A DNA stretch of 50,033 nucleotides from Halocafeteria seosinensis (taxonomy: Eukaryota). Positions 24,015-36,039 of this stretch are shown piece by piece. The notes beneath the pieces are model-generated. The model saw only the letters and a program-made list of their open reading frames with translations, had not been told where the DNA came from and did not search any database. The stretch's first letter is position 1; every line of letters starts with the position of its first letter. The DNA is taken from the NCBI GenBank assembly GCA_001687465.1, contig LVLI01000272.1:1-50033 (forward strand), written 5' to 3'. The translations under genes were made by a program, and so were the position numbers.

Positions 24015-26390
24015 ATGTCCGTGTCTTCGAATGGTGGTGGTGGTGGTGGTGGAAGTGGCCGATCCTTCCGTGCACATGGCTCGCATCGCTCTGAAGGAAG
24101 TAAGAAGGTTCGTCACCTTAACTGTCGTGTCGTTGTTTCAGTTGTTTGAAACAGTCGTCTTTGGACGTTATGTAACAGACGGATGAGTTCTTAAAGAAAG
24201 TAGTGTTTGACTATTTTGAGACGGAAAAACTTCCGCCAACCGAGGAAATCGAGAACAAACTCAGTTGGAACACTATTGCCGAACGCGTTAAACAAATGTT
24301 CAAAGACCACAACTTAGACCACTTACTAGGACAATCGAATGCCGGTAAAACCAAAGTGTCACTCGATAAAAGAGGCTTGTCTCATAGGTGTGTAGTTTAG
24401 TTCGATGTTGTATCCCACTCTGGTGGCTGTATCCCGAGGACTCTTCTATACTTAACATTACAGGTACCGTAAAGTGCTTGATCCGAAATTTGCTGGTCGA
24501 GCGAAGCTCAATACTCAGGAACTAATTCAGGTAACACAATGTAAGATCGACCGACAAGACCTATGCTCTTTGGAGCCTATACTTAAAGCTAGCAAGGAAC
24601 AAATGAAAGACGAGTACGAGGCCGTCAAGGGGCGAGTAAAGCGACAGAAGCAGAAAACCAGTACCTCAAAGGAGAGAGGCAATACTCGTCCATCCCCTTC
24701 CCCTGTCACTCCAGAGCAGGTCATGGAATACCTAAAGAGCAATACGCGTGATGATGATGCCACCCAGGAGCCAAACGATGACTCGGATGAAGCAGACGAA
24801 GAAATATCCATAGCAGGCAGTAGGCGCTCGGTCGGTCCTGGCCAAGAATCCAACAATGAAACCATAGCAGCTACTCAGCTTTTAAACATGAGTGGAGGAG
24901 AAGCGTCGCAAGCGGAGAAGCAATTTGCTCGATCGTCATTTATGAGGGCATTTCCTTCAGACATTCAAGATCTGGTATCACTGGATGGTTTAGCCAAATT
25001 GGCGACCGCAGTCCTCGAGAAAGAAGGAAATGAAGCAAGCTTCCCACTGTCCAGAGAAGAAGTTGATCCCTATAAGTGCATTGGTATCGCGGTGCCGGAA
25101 CAGACTGCGCGGGAGCTACTCCGTTGTATTGATAGTTGGTTCTATCGCTTCCCAAAGAGCCATCTACCTAAAGGCATATCTGATAAAACAGCGTTTCTTG
25201 TTGGCAGAGCATTGCCCGATCATAGTTACCAACTACTTGTGGGGCAGAGAAGGGAGAAAGTGCGAATAGTATGCTGTTTCGGCACTGTGGAAGTATTAGT
25301 ATGGAACGTAGATCCGAACTCAGCAGAGAAAGTCCGTTACAACGTGGCTAAGAAATTGCCTAGTTCGTCTTATAATAAGCTGCTTGTTCTGGAGGCAACG
25401 TACACGAGTCAAAATAAGGAGGAAAAACTTGTAACTCCAACGAGCAAATTGTTGAATGACGCGGACAACTCAGAGCTGAGCATATCTCCATGGTCTCCAT
25501 TCCGTATCGTTGGCCAGCCTGCTGGACTAGTTACACTCGAAACATATCCATCGCGTGAAAAAGAGCCTGATTATACGGATGCACCAGTTGATGCTGATAT
25601 TCCTACGACTTTGAACGACCGCTTGAGCGCGTACTTGAAAGCACGGGATCGCTTTGTCTTACACGATATCGCAGAACAGTCTCCTTTTCGGCAGGCTAAA
25701 CGTGCGAGGAGGAATGAGTCGATTGAGGAAAATTCACCCTCTTCCTGGTCCAACCGACGTGCTTGGGAGAGCGAAGAAGCTAGGCTACCGTCTAAAACTA
25801 CATTCAGTCGCTCTGACAGCACATCATCATACAGCCTAAATACCGTGCGGCCATTAGGCTTGAACGATAGTGGTCCTTCGGCCGACGCTTCTTCAGATAT
25901 TCCTCATGCAATTGGTGCATCTTCCAACGGATATAACGGACAGTTGTGGGATGCGACTCGAAATGGTCCTCTGAGTTTCGCCTCTCAAGAGATGCCCAAT
26001 GCAGTTAGTTCAAGTTCCCGGAGAGAAGCAACTTATGTGAATCCCGCACCTGCTGCCGATGTTACTACAGCTGATGGTGAAGAACCTCCAACTAAATCGA
26101 CCCCTTTTGAACACCAATTTATGGAATACGTGGTAGATTGGGAACCTGAGTTCACCTTTGGGGAGAGGATAATTGCGCTTGTCGATCGTATCCTCGAGCG
26201 GCAGACTACACCAAACATTGCGGAGCTGACTGATGAGGAGCAAGAGATCATCAAACTTAGTGAGGATATACGACAGTATTACTTTCGTGATAAACAATTG
26301 ACGCCGCCTCCGACGTTATGGAAGCTTATCCGACTTGGTCGTAAGATATCAAAGAAGGGTACCACCCCTCGCCGAACTCCAGTTGCGTAG
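24015..26390 (+). CDS. Putative nuclear protein with a divergent Myb/SANT-like N-terminal region; exons 24015-24107, 24179-24387, 24464-26390
   Basis: Frame-consistent GT-AG introns. The spliced sequence SWNTIAERV...LSHRYRKVLDPK..KLNTQE resembles the Myb W..IA / R(W/Y)...LDP pattern. Confidence 0.7.
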
Positions 26391-26693
26391 GAATCGTTGG
26401 CTGTTGAGACCCGACATAACAAAATAAAATGAAGCAAAGACCAATCCAAGCCAGGTTTCTGCTCTATTTATCACTTAGAAAGTAAGCTTTTGTCGATTCC
26501 CATACCTTGTCTACGCGAATGCAATGCACACTACTACTGGCCAGTGGTTGCTGTCTTCGCTTCCTCACTCAGTTTCACAAATCTGACAGTTGGAGGAGGA
26601 AGTGACTTGTTATACAGCAAGTTGTTTTTGTTAGAATTCTTTTGTTTGATCTCCCATTACCTTTAGTGTGTGATATAATGTGTGTGAATCCCG

Positions 26694-28145
26694 ATGTCGT
26701 CGGCATTGTCAAGACTTCCTAATCAGCAATATTTTCTCCATTTGTACGAGGAGAGACTGTCGATTCCACGTCTACAGTGCATTAAACAAGTGATATACTG
26801 CTGTCCGTCCATAGTCGACTTCCAGCGCATTTTCGACCAGGTTTTCTACAGGTTGGAGCGCTTGCAAACCGAGTATGGAGGCACGGAGCGACGGGAAAAC
26901 GAGTACCAAACTCGAGATACTCTACAGTCACAGTTACGAAATATTATTCTGGCTCTGCTAGAGCAAGCTTACACCCGAGGAATCACATTGGATGCGGCAC
27001 ATGTTAGTACCAAACTATCCGAATATTTGGACAAGTTCATCCAGGAATGGAACCCCCAAAAGCAACCGCAACAGCAACAAAATTGGAGGAAGGCTATTCA
27101 AAATGGGACCGATTCTCTGTGGACCTTTATGGAGTTACTAAGGTTTAGTGATCAAAACAACAAATTCATAGAAGAACAACGGATGGAAACATTGTTAATC
27201 CTGTTGTGCTTAACCACAAGGCGAGGCGACAAAACAGAACTGATGCTGGTCTTGACGGAAATTGTGCAACTAACTCTCCCAGGCTATGAGCAGGAGGCGA
27301 AGCTAAGAGTTCTTCGTCGCGCTGTCGAAAAAGCTGATTGTGTATGGCTGTTACATGCAAACTCAGCAAAGTGTTGCTGGGGCTCGTTTGATCTTTTGAC
27401 ATTCACTCGTACAGTTGACGTACGCGCTTATAATAGATATATCCAAAAAGAAGCGGAGCGAATGGTTAAAGGAAGATTGATCAACGTTATAGGTGATATC
27501 TTAGAAGGTGCCTCCACAAGTTATATTGGTGAAGCAGATTTAAAACGTTGGCTACAGGAGCGGTATCCAGGAGCTGGTTCCTCCCGGGCATCAAGCGTAA
27601 TGGAAAGACTTCACTACAGCATAGGAGCTTTGCAGTGTCACCGACTACTAATGGCGGCGAATGAACTTTTCTTTTCCCAACTAGATAGTCAAGGGATAGT
27701 TCAAGAGGCGTTCCGCTCGGCGCACACCTTAGGACCAACCCTACAGATCGACGACGAACCGGCTGGTGGAACTTCGGATACCCAGGAACAGTTGATGACC
27801 TCGCTAGCACAACGACTGGCGGTGCTCAATGTTTGTGAAATTTGGATTAAGTACCGAATAATATGTACAAAAGAAAATTTCAAGGATGGTCACGCGAAGA
27901 ATATTTTGATTGGACCGTTGCTTACTCATCAGTCGCGACTGAACTCATTTTATGATACGACGCACTATCTCTTACAGCAGTCTGCAAGTATAATCGAGAG
28001 TCCGAAACGAACGGCTCCGGCCGATTCCCAAGAACACGGAGGACAAAGTGAACCCTCTCCAAGTAGAAAAAGGACAAAGCAACAGCAAGAGAAACCACCC
28101 CCTCTCGATCGCCCGGTGGATATTGATTTAACAGAATCCGATTGA
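26694..28145 (+). CDS. Hypothetical helical protein with C-terminal NLS-like and SIM-like motifs
   Basis: 483-aa ORF ending in ..RKRTKQ..PVDIDLTESD*. Confidence 0.75.
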   Translation: MSSALSRLPNQQYFLHLYEERLSIPRLQCIKQVIYCCPSIVDFQRIFDQVFYRLERLQTEYGGTERRENEYQTRDTLQSQLRNIILALLEQAYTRGITLDAAHVSTKLSEYLDKFIQEWNPQKQPQQQQNWRKAIQNGTDSLWTFMELLRFSDQNNKFIEEQRMETLLILLCLTTRRGDKTELMLVLTEIVQLTLPGYEQEAKLRVLRRAVEKADCVWLLHANSAKCCWGSFDLLTFTRTVDVRAYNRYIQKEAERMVKGRLINVIGDILEGASTSYIGEADLKRWLQERYPGAGSSRASSVMERLHYSIGALQCHRLLMAANELFFSQLDSQGIVQEAFRSAHTLGPTLQIDDEPAGGTSDTQEQLMTSLAQRLAVLNVCEIWIKYRIICTKENFKDGHAKNILIGPLLTHQSRLNSFYDTTHYLLQQSASIIESPKRTAPADSQEHGGQSEPSPSRKRTKQQQEKPPPLDRPVDIDLTESD

Positions 28146-28554
28146 CACCTTAGAAAATAAGAATATATACATGTATTCACCTCACTGGCCTGTCATACTT
28201 AAGTAATACCACCCAGTAGTAGGTAGCGGGGTTTCGGCACTTTGCAACTGCGATTCCACTTGCACTTTGGAGGCCGGTCGCAACGCGGAAGTCGTACCAG
28301 CCGATACATAAATATTGCACAGCCAGAGAAACAGACGATAGTACAGCACACCCATTGATACATGAGTTCGACTGTATTTCCGGTACTCGGCGATGAGAGC
28401 CACGGACATGCCGCATACTCTCACCTTGTAGACCTGCAACGACGGGTGGGTTTGGATCGGTTACTGCCGCCTTTTTCTTTTTTTCATGCTGGTATTTCAA
28501 GATGACTTCATTGTAATTAATTAGTAGCTTCAGGCACTGAGGAGCCCTGGGAGA

Positions 28555-31500
28555 ATGGGAGCCCCTGGAACGAGCAACAGAGAGTCTCCTTCCATGAGCG
28601 GGGGTGGAGTTGAGCCACGATTAAATCGTGAGAATTCATTATTTGCTCAGTTTTGCTACAGCGTCGTCGCTGCCAAATCGGCCATCATATTATGGAGAAC
28701 CAACCTTCGAGATCGTGTCCTGAAACGGTGGGAGCAATACCGCATGGCCAAAGACCTTATTGAAAATAAGGGTATGGAAGGCAACATCTGGTAGTAAGTG
28801 CACTGGAATCCAAATGAGTACAGTACAACCCCACTCCCGAACAAGTCACAATTATTCCACCTTGGGTCATTTCATTCTTTGCTTTTGCAGCTATACTCCT
28901 GAAAATTTGCGCAAAGTACGTTTCTGCCGTAGAGTTTGGATATCTCAGTTTCATCCACTTGGGGGCTATCTATGTACCTGTGCAGCGGGAACATTTACGC
29001 CACGATGCGGATATTCAAGCTCTCATTGAGGAATGGTGGAGGCACGTTGCGGGTATGTGATTGGAATCGTCGAACGTAAGCCGAACCAGTGGGTACTTGG
29101 TGCATTGGTTCTCCCTGCAGACCTCAAAAATGGTGTTTCTCGAGCGTGCTATTTCGAAATGTATAACCGACTCGCTTATCATTTACTACCTTCGATCTCC
29201 TCAAAACGAAAAGCGCAAGTGTTTGCTGAAGATTGGAAACGAGATGTCGGGGCCTCGCATACTATCATGACTTACCCGCAGTTTGCCGACTCTATATTCC
29301 ACCTGGGTACGTACTGTATATGGGGGTGTGCTGGGCAATGGCATTAACCATTTGGTACGCTCTGGTTCTTTAATTTTTGCAGCCGATACTTGGGTTGATA
29401 GTATAGAATCAAAACAGTATGTGAAATGGCTGAAATCATTTCTGCCAAAGATTCGTGATATTGCCCATGGTCATGCATCGAGGCTGAAAACAACGGGTCA
29501 ATCACTTCTCCGTAAACTGGAAATGGAAAATGACCCTACCGAATATGCTACAGAAACTGACGAATCAGCGACTCAACTGCATTTGAACGAACACGGCAAC
29601 ACCGGTAGCTTCTTCCGAAGCGAAGAAGAAGAGTTCAAGATCCAAAAAAGGCAGCATATTAAGGGAAAACCAGTGAGGACATCTAGTATGCTGCGTGATG
29701 CAGCTATTGCGTACGCAGATGTATCCCGCAGAAAACAGCGAGGAAGCCTGACCACAATTGGCACCGGTCCTGGTTTCTTTAAGGATGAACCTCCTATCGT
29801 GGACAGAAGGAAGAGTTTGACAACCACTGCTAAACAAGACCGCGAAAAGTTTTTCTCCGCCCCGCTTGGCCCTTTTGAGGGGAATAGCGAATACGCTGAT
29901 GAGGAGGGGGATGGAGACGCTCAGGGTGTAGAGGCTGATATTTGGGACTCATCTACTTTAACACAAAGCAGAGACGAACTGAGCACGGAATTAGAAGACA
30001 CCTCTTTTGCTTACCCTCGTAGAAGTCCTCAAAGCATAAGTGGCACCTTTGCAACTTCGATCCGTGGGGAATCTAGGGATGCGGAGCCAGACGTCACCTC
30101 CACAAGATACAACGACGACACTGTCAATGGTCAACAAAACACCAAGAGAAATCAAGGGGCTAACGAGGAGTGCCAACCAAAAACATCGGAAGGAGGACTT
30201 CCGCAGAAAGAGCGTTACACAGCCAATTGGGAAACAAACGGCGATAGTGCGGTCACTAATGCACCAGTGGTGTATGGATCCCACACTGTTTCTCGAAAAA
30301 AGGTAAGAAAATCTGGCAATCCGAAACGGAAGGAAAAAGATGGTAGGGAAAAACCAGGCAGAAAAATGACAAGGACGATGCATAACGGTAAAGAACCCAA
30401 ACAAACGAGTCTGTCTGTCACTGAATCCAGTAACGCACATAAGCGTGCTGAGGCTGCTCATCGTCGGGCAAGAGGAGAGGGCTCGAATCATCAAAATTCT
30501 CGGGATACGGCGGGGGTTGACGATGCACACACCAGAAAGCAGACAAAGCCACATGTAACTGAACCGAGTGGAAGTATTGGAGGCTGCTATAACCCGTACC
30601 AGACTCCTGGTTTGGGCTTCGTAAGGGAGCCCGTAGCGGAAAGCATAGAAGGCGAGAATAATAACTCTGTAGCTTGGTCGGATTCTCTGGGTACTACAGT
30701 TAATGAAGATGCAGACTTCCGAGGGCAGCGAACGAACCCGCCAGTTGAAGGTGTTAAAGCGCGCTGCAGCCCATATGATTCCCCGGAAGATACTGATTAC
30801 GCCAATGTGGAGGAGCAAGTACGGTTGAACGTGGAAGAAGAGGATAGTGACTCGACAATTTTCTCCAGCTCTCAGCGTTCTCATGGCACGACAGGTAGTG
30901 AAGTTGGACGCGGTAAAGTGGAGCCGACAAACGCATCAGCAGCTAGGCCAAATGAAGGTATCGAAGGTCACTACAGCGAATATGAATCTATGAAAGACGC
31001 TACCGCCGGATACGCAAAGGAGGACACGGAAGTAAAGATAGAAGGAGACGGTATGAAACCTGCGAAGTACTCAGGTGTGGTGGGTAGAGAACATCGAACG
31101 TGGACGAATCCACGAGGAACTGGACCCAGTGAAGTCAGTAACGACCAATACGGTTCTAGTGCACAAGGCGCTGTTCCGGGGTACGGGAGAAAGCAAGCAG
31201 GAGCACACTTAGAAGCTGCGGATGATGACTCTGCAAGTTGCTGGAATGCTTCGAATGTGGAGATTGGTGAAGACATAACGGGTGTGGATGAAGAATCTGC
31301 ACAGCGCTCCTGCAATGGAGATGCACATACTGATCCGAGTTCTACGAACCCGCCGGTGACGGGGTTCCATGAAGCCACTAACCCTCATTACGACGCATAC
31401 GACACTACGCAAGGCGTTGATTCAGCGCAGGCGACGGGGCTCGATGAAACCACTAACGCTCATTACTATGCGTCCAAGACTACACTAGGCGTTGATTCAG

Positions 31501-34244
31501 CGCACATGAGAGAGCCCGTGGAAGGAAATTTAGAAAGAGAGGATGATGGTTCTCTAAGTTACTGGAATTCTCCAAACGTGGAAATTGGTGAAGGCGAGCA
31601 TCTCACGGAAACAGCAATTAATACCTGCAGTCAAAATGAGCGCGACCGTACGGAAATTCCGTCCCAGTTGGGATATCAGGGAGATGCGCATAACCAAGGG
31701 GAACAGCTGCGGCCTGGTTCATTCGGAACTCGGGCTTCCTCGGACGAGGCGGTCAGTAAAGTACTGCCGAATCGATTCGCCAATACGGGTGACGGTCATG
31801 CATCCCAAGAATGTCTTTACCCTCATCCGTCAATTTATCAGCAGCTGAGTGCAGATCATCCCTATGAAGCAATTCCAACCCAGAACCATGCCGTAGGAAG
31901 TCTTTCGGGGCGGATGACTAAAGAACGTGATGACAACTCCCAAAACTGTTCGCGCGTGTTGACGGATACGACAGGCGCTAGGGACTATACGCAGTATCTT
32001 CATCAACACGGCACAGAAGCCGTTGCAGAGGCGCGGTGCACCTCCCAAAACAGTACGCGCGTGTCGACAGACACGACAGGCTCTAGGGATGGTGGTACGC
32101 AGTATCCTCAACAAAACTCAACGGAAGCCGTTGCGGAGGCGCGGTATTCCACTCCATTTTATACCACCACAATTCATCATCCAGTCGCATACAATAAGAT
32201 TGAGAGTGGGCGTTCCGAATGTCCACAGCCATGCGGAGATCAGTCTACAGAATCACTGGATGCGAGTGCCGCCACTGTCGAGGCATATGCGACGTCCAAG
32301 ACTAACTTCCGTACTAGCGTGAGCTCGAACGGGAGCACTCAAGATGCTCATCAATCAACTGCCAGCGAATCTTCGGAACTCATTGAGCGCTGTGAAAGCG
32401 ATCTTCATATGGAGCACCTGCCGTGGCAAGTGAGCGAAGAGAATATTAGCATGTATCGACAACAGGAAATCCCTGGCTCTGAAATGCGCACGCGGCAGTA
32501 TAATACTGAAGTTCCCTGCACTGATTACACGAATACAATTACTCATCAGGTGTATCAAGAAAGACCTCAGCAGGCTTCAAGGGAAAGCAGCGATCTGGGT
32601 GGTGATCGAATCTTTCACGCTAGTACCGCTCGTGGGCCAACTCAGTCCAGGGATCGAGAAAGACCTGAAGATCATGCTGGTCTCGAACAACGCGAGGCGC
32701 AGGGAATCTCTTCAACTCACAAGGGAGAACCTAGTCTCACCTCTGAGGAAAACCTACTACAGACATCCCCGTCACTTCATTGCTATTCGACCGTAGCGAC
32801 AACATCCGGAAGTCGTGCGGCTCTCTTCTCCGAGGTGGAAGACAACGACAGACTATCGCCAGATGCTAGTCCTCGGAGCTTCCAACATTCCTTGACTGGA
32901 GCCATTCGACCCCGTCGCCGGGGCGCCACCAATGACACGTCGTCACAGGCAACTGCTGGGAAAAACATAGCAAACATCGTCTCGTTGCAAGCAGGGACGC
33001 TGACTCTGAGCGCCAACAAAGGCATGTCCGAGAATAATAGGAACAACGGTTATCTTACCCGCAACAGGAAGGGAATTACAGCGCTAAAGAATGTTGCCAG
33101 GCGCGTCCAACGGAATTATCTGGCAGATATGATGGACCTTCCGCTTCCGCCCACGAAGGCTGGAGAGAATATTGATGAGCTATTTGAGAAGCATGCTGCT
33201 ATCATTCTGTCGAGCCGGCAATATTGTTCACGTAGAATCACTTTGAGCGAAATGAAACATATGATGTTGTTCAATGCAGGTCCGCTGAAGTTACGTTTGT
33301 TATCCAGACCTCGGGAATTTTCGGAGAGACTCCTTGCAAGTCATCGTAGGGAAATACTACTTGAAACCAGGAGGTACATGGGTACCGCTTTTTCCCACTA
33401 TAGTACCCGTTGTGCTGTACCTCAAATGTCTCCAAGGTTGCCTCAAAGGCAGACTCGAGCGAAGTGGGCGTCGGGCACTAGCGTTCCCACTTTTTCAGAC
33501 AGGAGGCCAGTGCCTCCTCTAGACCTTTCCGGAATCACTGCTCCGGAATCTCCTGACAAGACTCAAGAAGAAGCACCCCGTGGCCGACAGGAGCTGAAGG
33601 ACGACATAAATCAGAGCCCTAGAACGGATCCACTATTGTCGCCCCCTCTGTCCAGGGATCAAGTAGAGCATCCAATGTTGTCTGATCGATGGAATCTGGA
33701 CCAGTCAACGCGTACTTCTCGGACCAATAAGACAATTAGTTGTGGAGAATCGCCATCTGAAGGGACGCGAAGTGCTAGAGAGGGGAAGGAAAAGAAGTTC
33801 GAGAGTCCTACCATTAAGTACTACAAAAAACAAACGTCTAAAATATCAAGGCTGATCCGCACAACACGTAACAAGAGTGAGGAGCGTGCCGAATCTATCA
33901 CTAGCCGTTCAGAACCAGCTCCGCAATCTCCGTATCAAGCATCGTCCCTTCGAGCTTTAGATAAGCTTAAACGACGAGCAATATACCACTCACAGAAAGG
34001 AACAGTCTCGGAGACCACGGAAGATGTCGCCGTTCAGCTCATGAGCGTGCTGGCGCCGGCGGGCAGTCCGCGAAGGCCGAAGAAGAAGCCATCTGGGAAA
34101 CGCCTCGTGAAGAATCCGAAACTTAGGAATGCTTCCTATATGACCGTAGAAAAGGACACTGCGCCATATTACTGGGTCGGAGGTGCTAGTTCCAGTCAAA
34201 TTACGGTCGCCAATTCCCAAACCAATGTAAGGGTGAACGAGTGA
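28555..34244 (+). CDS. Large protein with an N-terminal EF-hand-like conserved domain and a long disordered, internally repeated C-terminus (multi-exon at the 5' end)
   Basis: Spliced N-terminus YTPENLRK|REHLRHDADIQALIEEWW..YFEMYNRLAYHL..AEDWKRD..FADSIFHL|ADTWVDSIE...YVKWL, followed by a ~1600-aa open exon to 34244. Confidence 0.75.
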
Positions 34245-34850
34245 AGCATAATCCAGCTCACGACGTGCGGCCAAAGTTTCAAAAATGGGAGAGCGTAAAG
34301 CATCGGACTGCAGTGTCGAATACCCCGTTGATGGTGGCTTGTAGGAATGGGCACCTGGACACAGCACAGTATTTGGTGCGAAACGGCGGTGCCGCTGTGA
34401 ACCCGTGATCTTCTTCAGGATACACCTCGTTGATGCCTGCATGCGATGGAGGCCACATATTGTGAACGCATTTGTCGTTCACAATGCGTGTCAGGTTGCC
34501 AGCTGGCACTTGCGGGAAAATTACTGATGAGCCGTCAGCAAATGAGGCAGAATCAGTACTCTAGATCACTCGAGACAATGGACGCAAGGATATCGGTCGT
34601 TACTTGAAAGCTGTTGGAGGTAAATTCGCACAATTTTGAATCGTATTGTACACGGCACGATGCTTGACGCGAAGTACCCACGTACGGTATACGGTACGGT
34701 ACACCGCGACGGCAAGTAACAAAATACAAGATATGACCTGCGCATCGGTAGATTGCATTGTATCTGCTGCGTTTCGGTCACCATCAGCTGTTCCTACATG
34801 AATGCTTTGATGATGTCCAGCAGTGGTCGAAGAAAACCAATAGCGGGCTT

Positions 34851-34872
34851 CCACACACACACACACACACAC
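34851..34872. repeat. (CA)n microsatellite
   Basis: Run of about 11 CA units. Confidence 0.9.
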
Positions 34873-35112
34873 GGCTTCCAGGCTGTTCCAGCAGAGTACT
34901 GTAAAGCTTCCACTTACGTAAACTACTTGGAAATAAAACGAGAGTTGAATTGCTGAGGCTACACTTCAAGATATTTCACGAATACATGTACATGAACATT
35001 AAGTACAACATGTAAAAATGTGGAGTGTACAGTACAGTGTACCCCCACGATGTGATGCAAACTTCAACCTGCAGATACCTGTAGAGACAGTGTAGACTAC
35101 AGGCTGTAGTGT

Positions 35113-36039
35113 ATGTGTGACAGTGTATACGCAGGTTTGTTGGACGCTGTGCGTCTCCTTGACACAAGCACAAGTACCGCCTTTCCGTGTGTGCTGTCCA
35201 AGATGAGCGTGGTGTATGAAGTGTACCTGAAATGGTTGCAGCACTTTGAACAGGAGGATTCCGACCTCGATGCTACTGTCGACAAGTACCGAGCGCCTTT
35301 AGAGGCCGCCGCTGACGATCGCAGTCCTCAACCAGGGGACCGTGCCGCTGATATGGATGCTTCATCCGTGAATACACTGGGGTGGAGTCGTTGTGAGATG
35401 CTCGTTCGGTCGGAGGACCATGCTAGGATACGAAAGAGTCAATATCCCGGATTCCAAGGCACTGTCACTTTGTTGGGAAGGTCTTATACGGACGAGGGCT
35501 TTCAGTATCTCAGTCACATTAAGAAATTGAATATGGCCTTTTGTAATCTCTCCACGTTGACAGACAGCGCGTTTCAGCATCTCTCTGAGCTGCAGACACT
35601 GAATATCTCCCACTGCGACAACATACGACTGTCGGATAATACTTTTGAGCATCTGTCGGGACTTACATGGCTCAATATGGAGAAATGTACGCAAAAGATG
35701 ATAACAGATGAGGCATTCCGGCACTTATCGAATTTACAGTACTTGAATATCAAAGAATGCTCTCAGACTACAATCACAGACGAGGCATTTTGTTATCTCT
35801 CCCAGCTTACGTGCCTGAAGATGAGGTATTGCACTCAAACCACTATTACGGATAATGCTTTTAAACACCTTTCCCAGCTATCACACTTGGACATGGCAGG
35901 TTGTTCCCAGGATAGTATTTCGTATCTCGCATTTGAGCATCTGTCAAACCTGACCTATCTCAATACTATGGATTGTAGCGAGAGTGTTCTAAATCAAGAC
36001 TTCATTCGGTGGACTAACACAGTCCAAGTGTGGAAGTGA
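35113..36039 (+). CDS. Leucine-rich repeat protein (24-aa Cys-containing LRRs)
   Basis: About 7 repeats of HLSxLxxLNMxxCxQxxITDxAF. Start uncertain (ATG 35113, 35202 or 35354). Same LRR consensus as 49731-50033. Confidence 0.85.
   Translation: MCDSVYAGLLDAVRLLDTSTSTAFPCVLSKMSVVYEVYLKWLQHFEQEDSDLDATVDKYRAPLEAAADDRSPQPGDRAADMDASSVNTLGWSRCEMLVRSEDHARIRKSQYPGFQGTVTLLGRSYTDEGFQYLSHIKKLNMAFCNLSTLTDSAFQHLSELQTLNISHCDNIRLSDNTFEHLSGLTWLNMEKCTQKMITDEAFRHLSNLQYLNIKECSQTTITDEAFCYLSQLTCLKMRYCTQTTITDNAFKHLSQLSHLDMAGCSQDSISYLAFEHLSNLTYLNTMDCSESVLNQDFIRWTNTVQVWK

Noticed and set aside
29991..30884. 297-aa antisense ORF inside the large gene
   Set aside because: Shadow ORF of a low-complexity coding strand.
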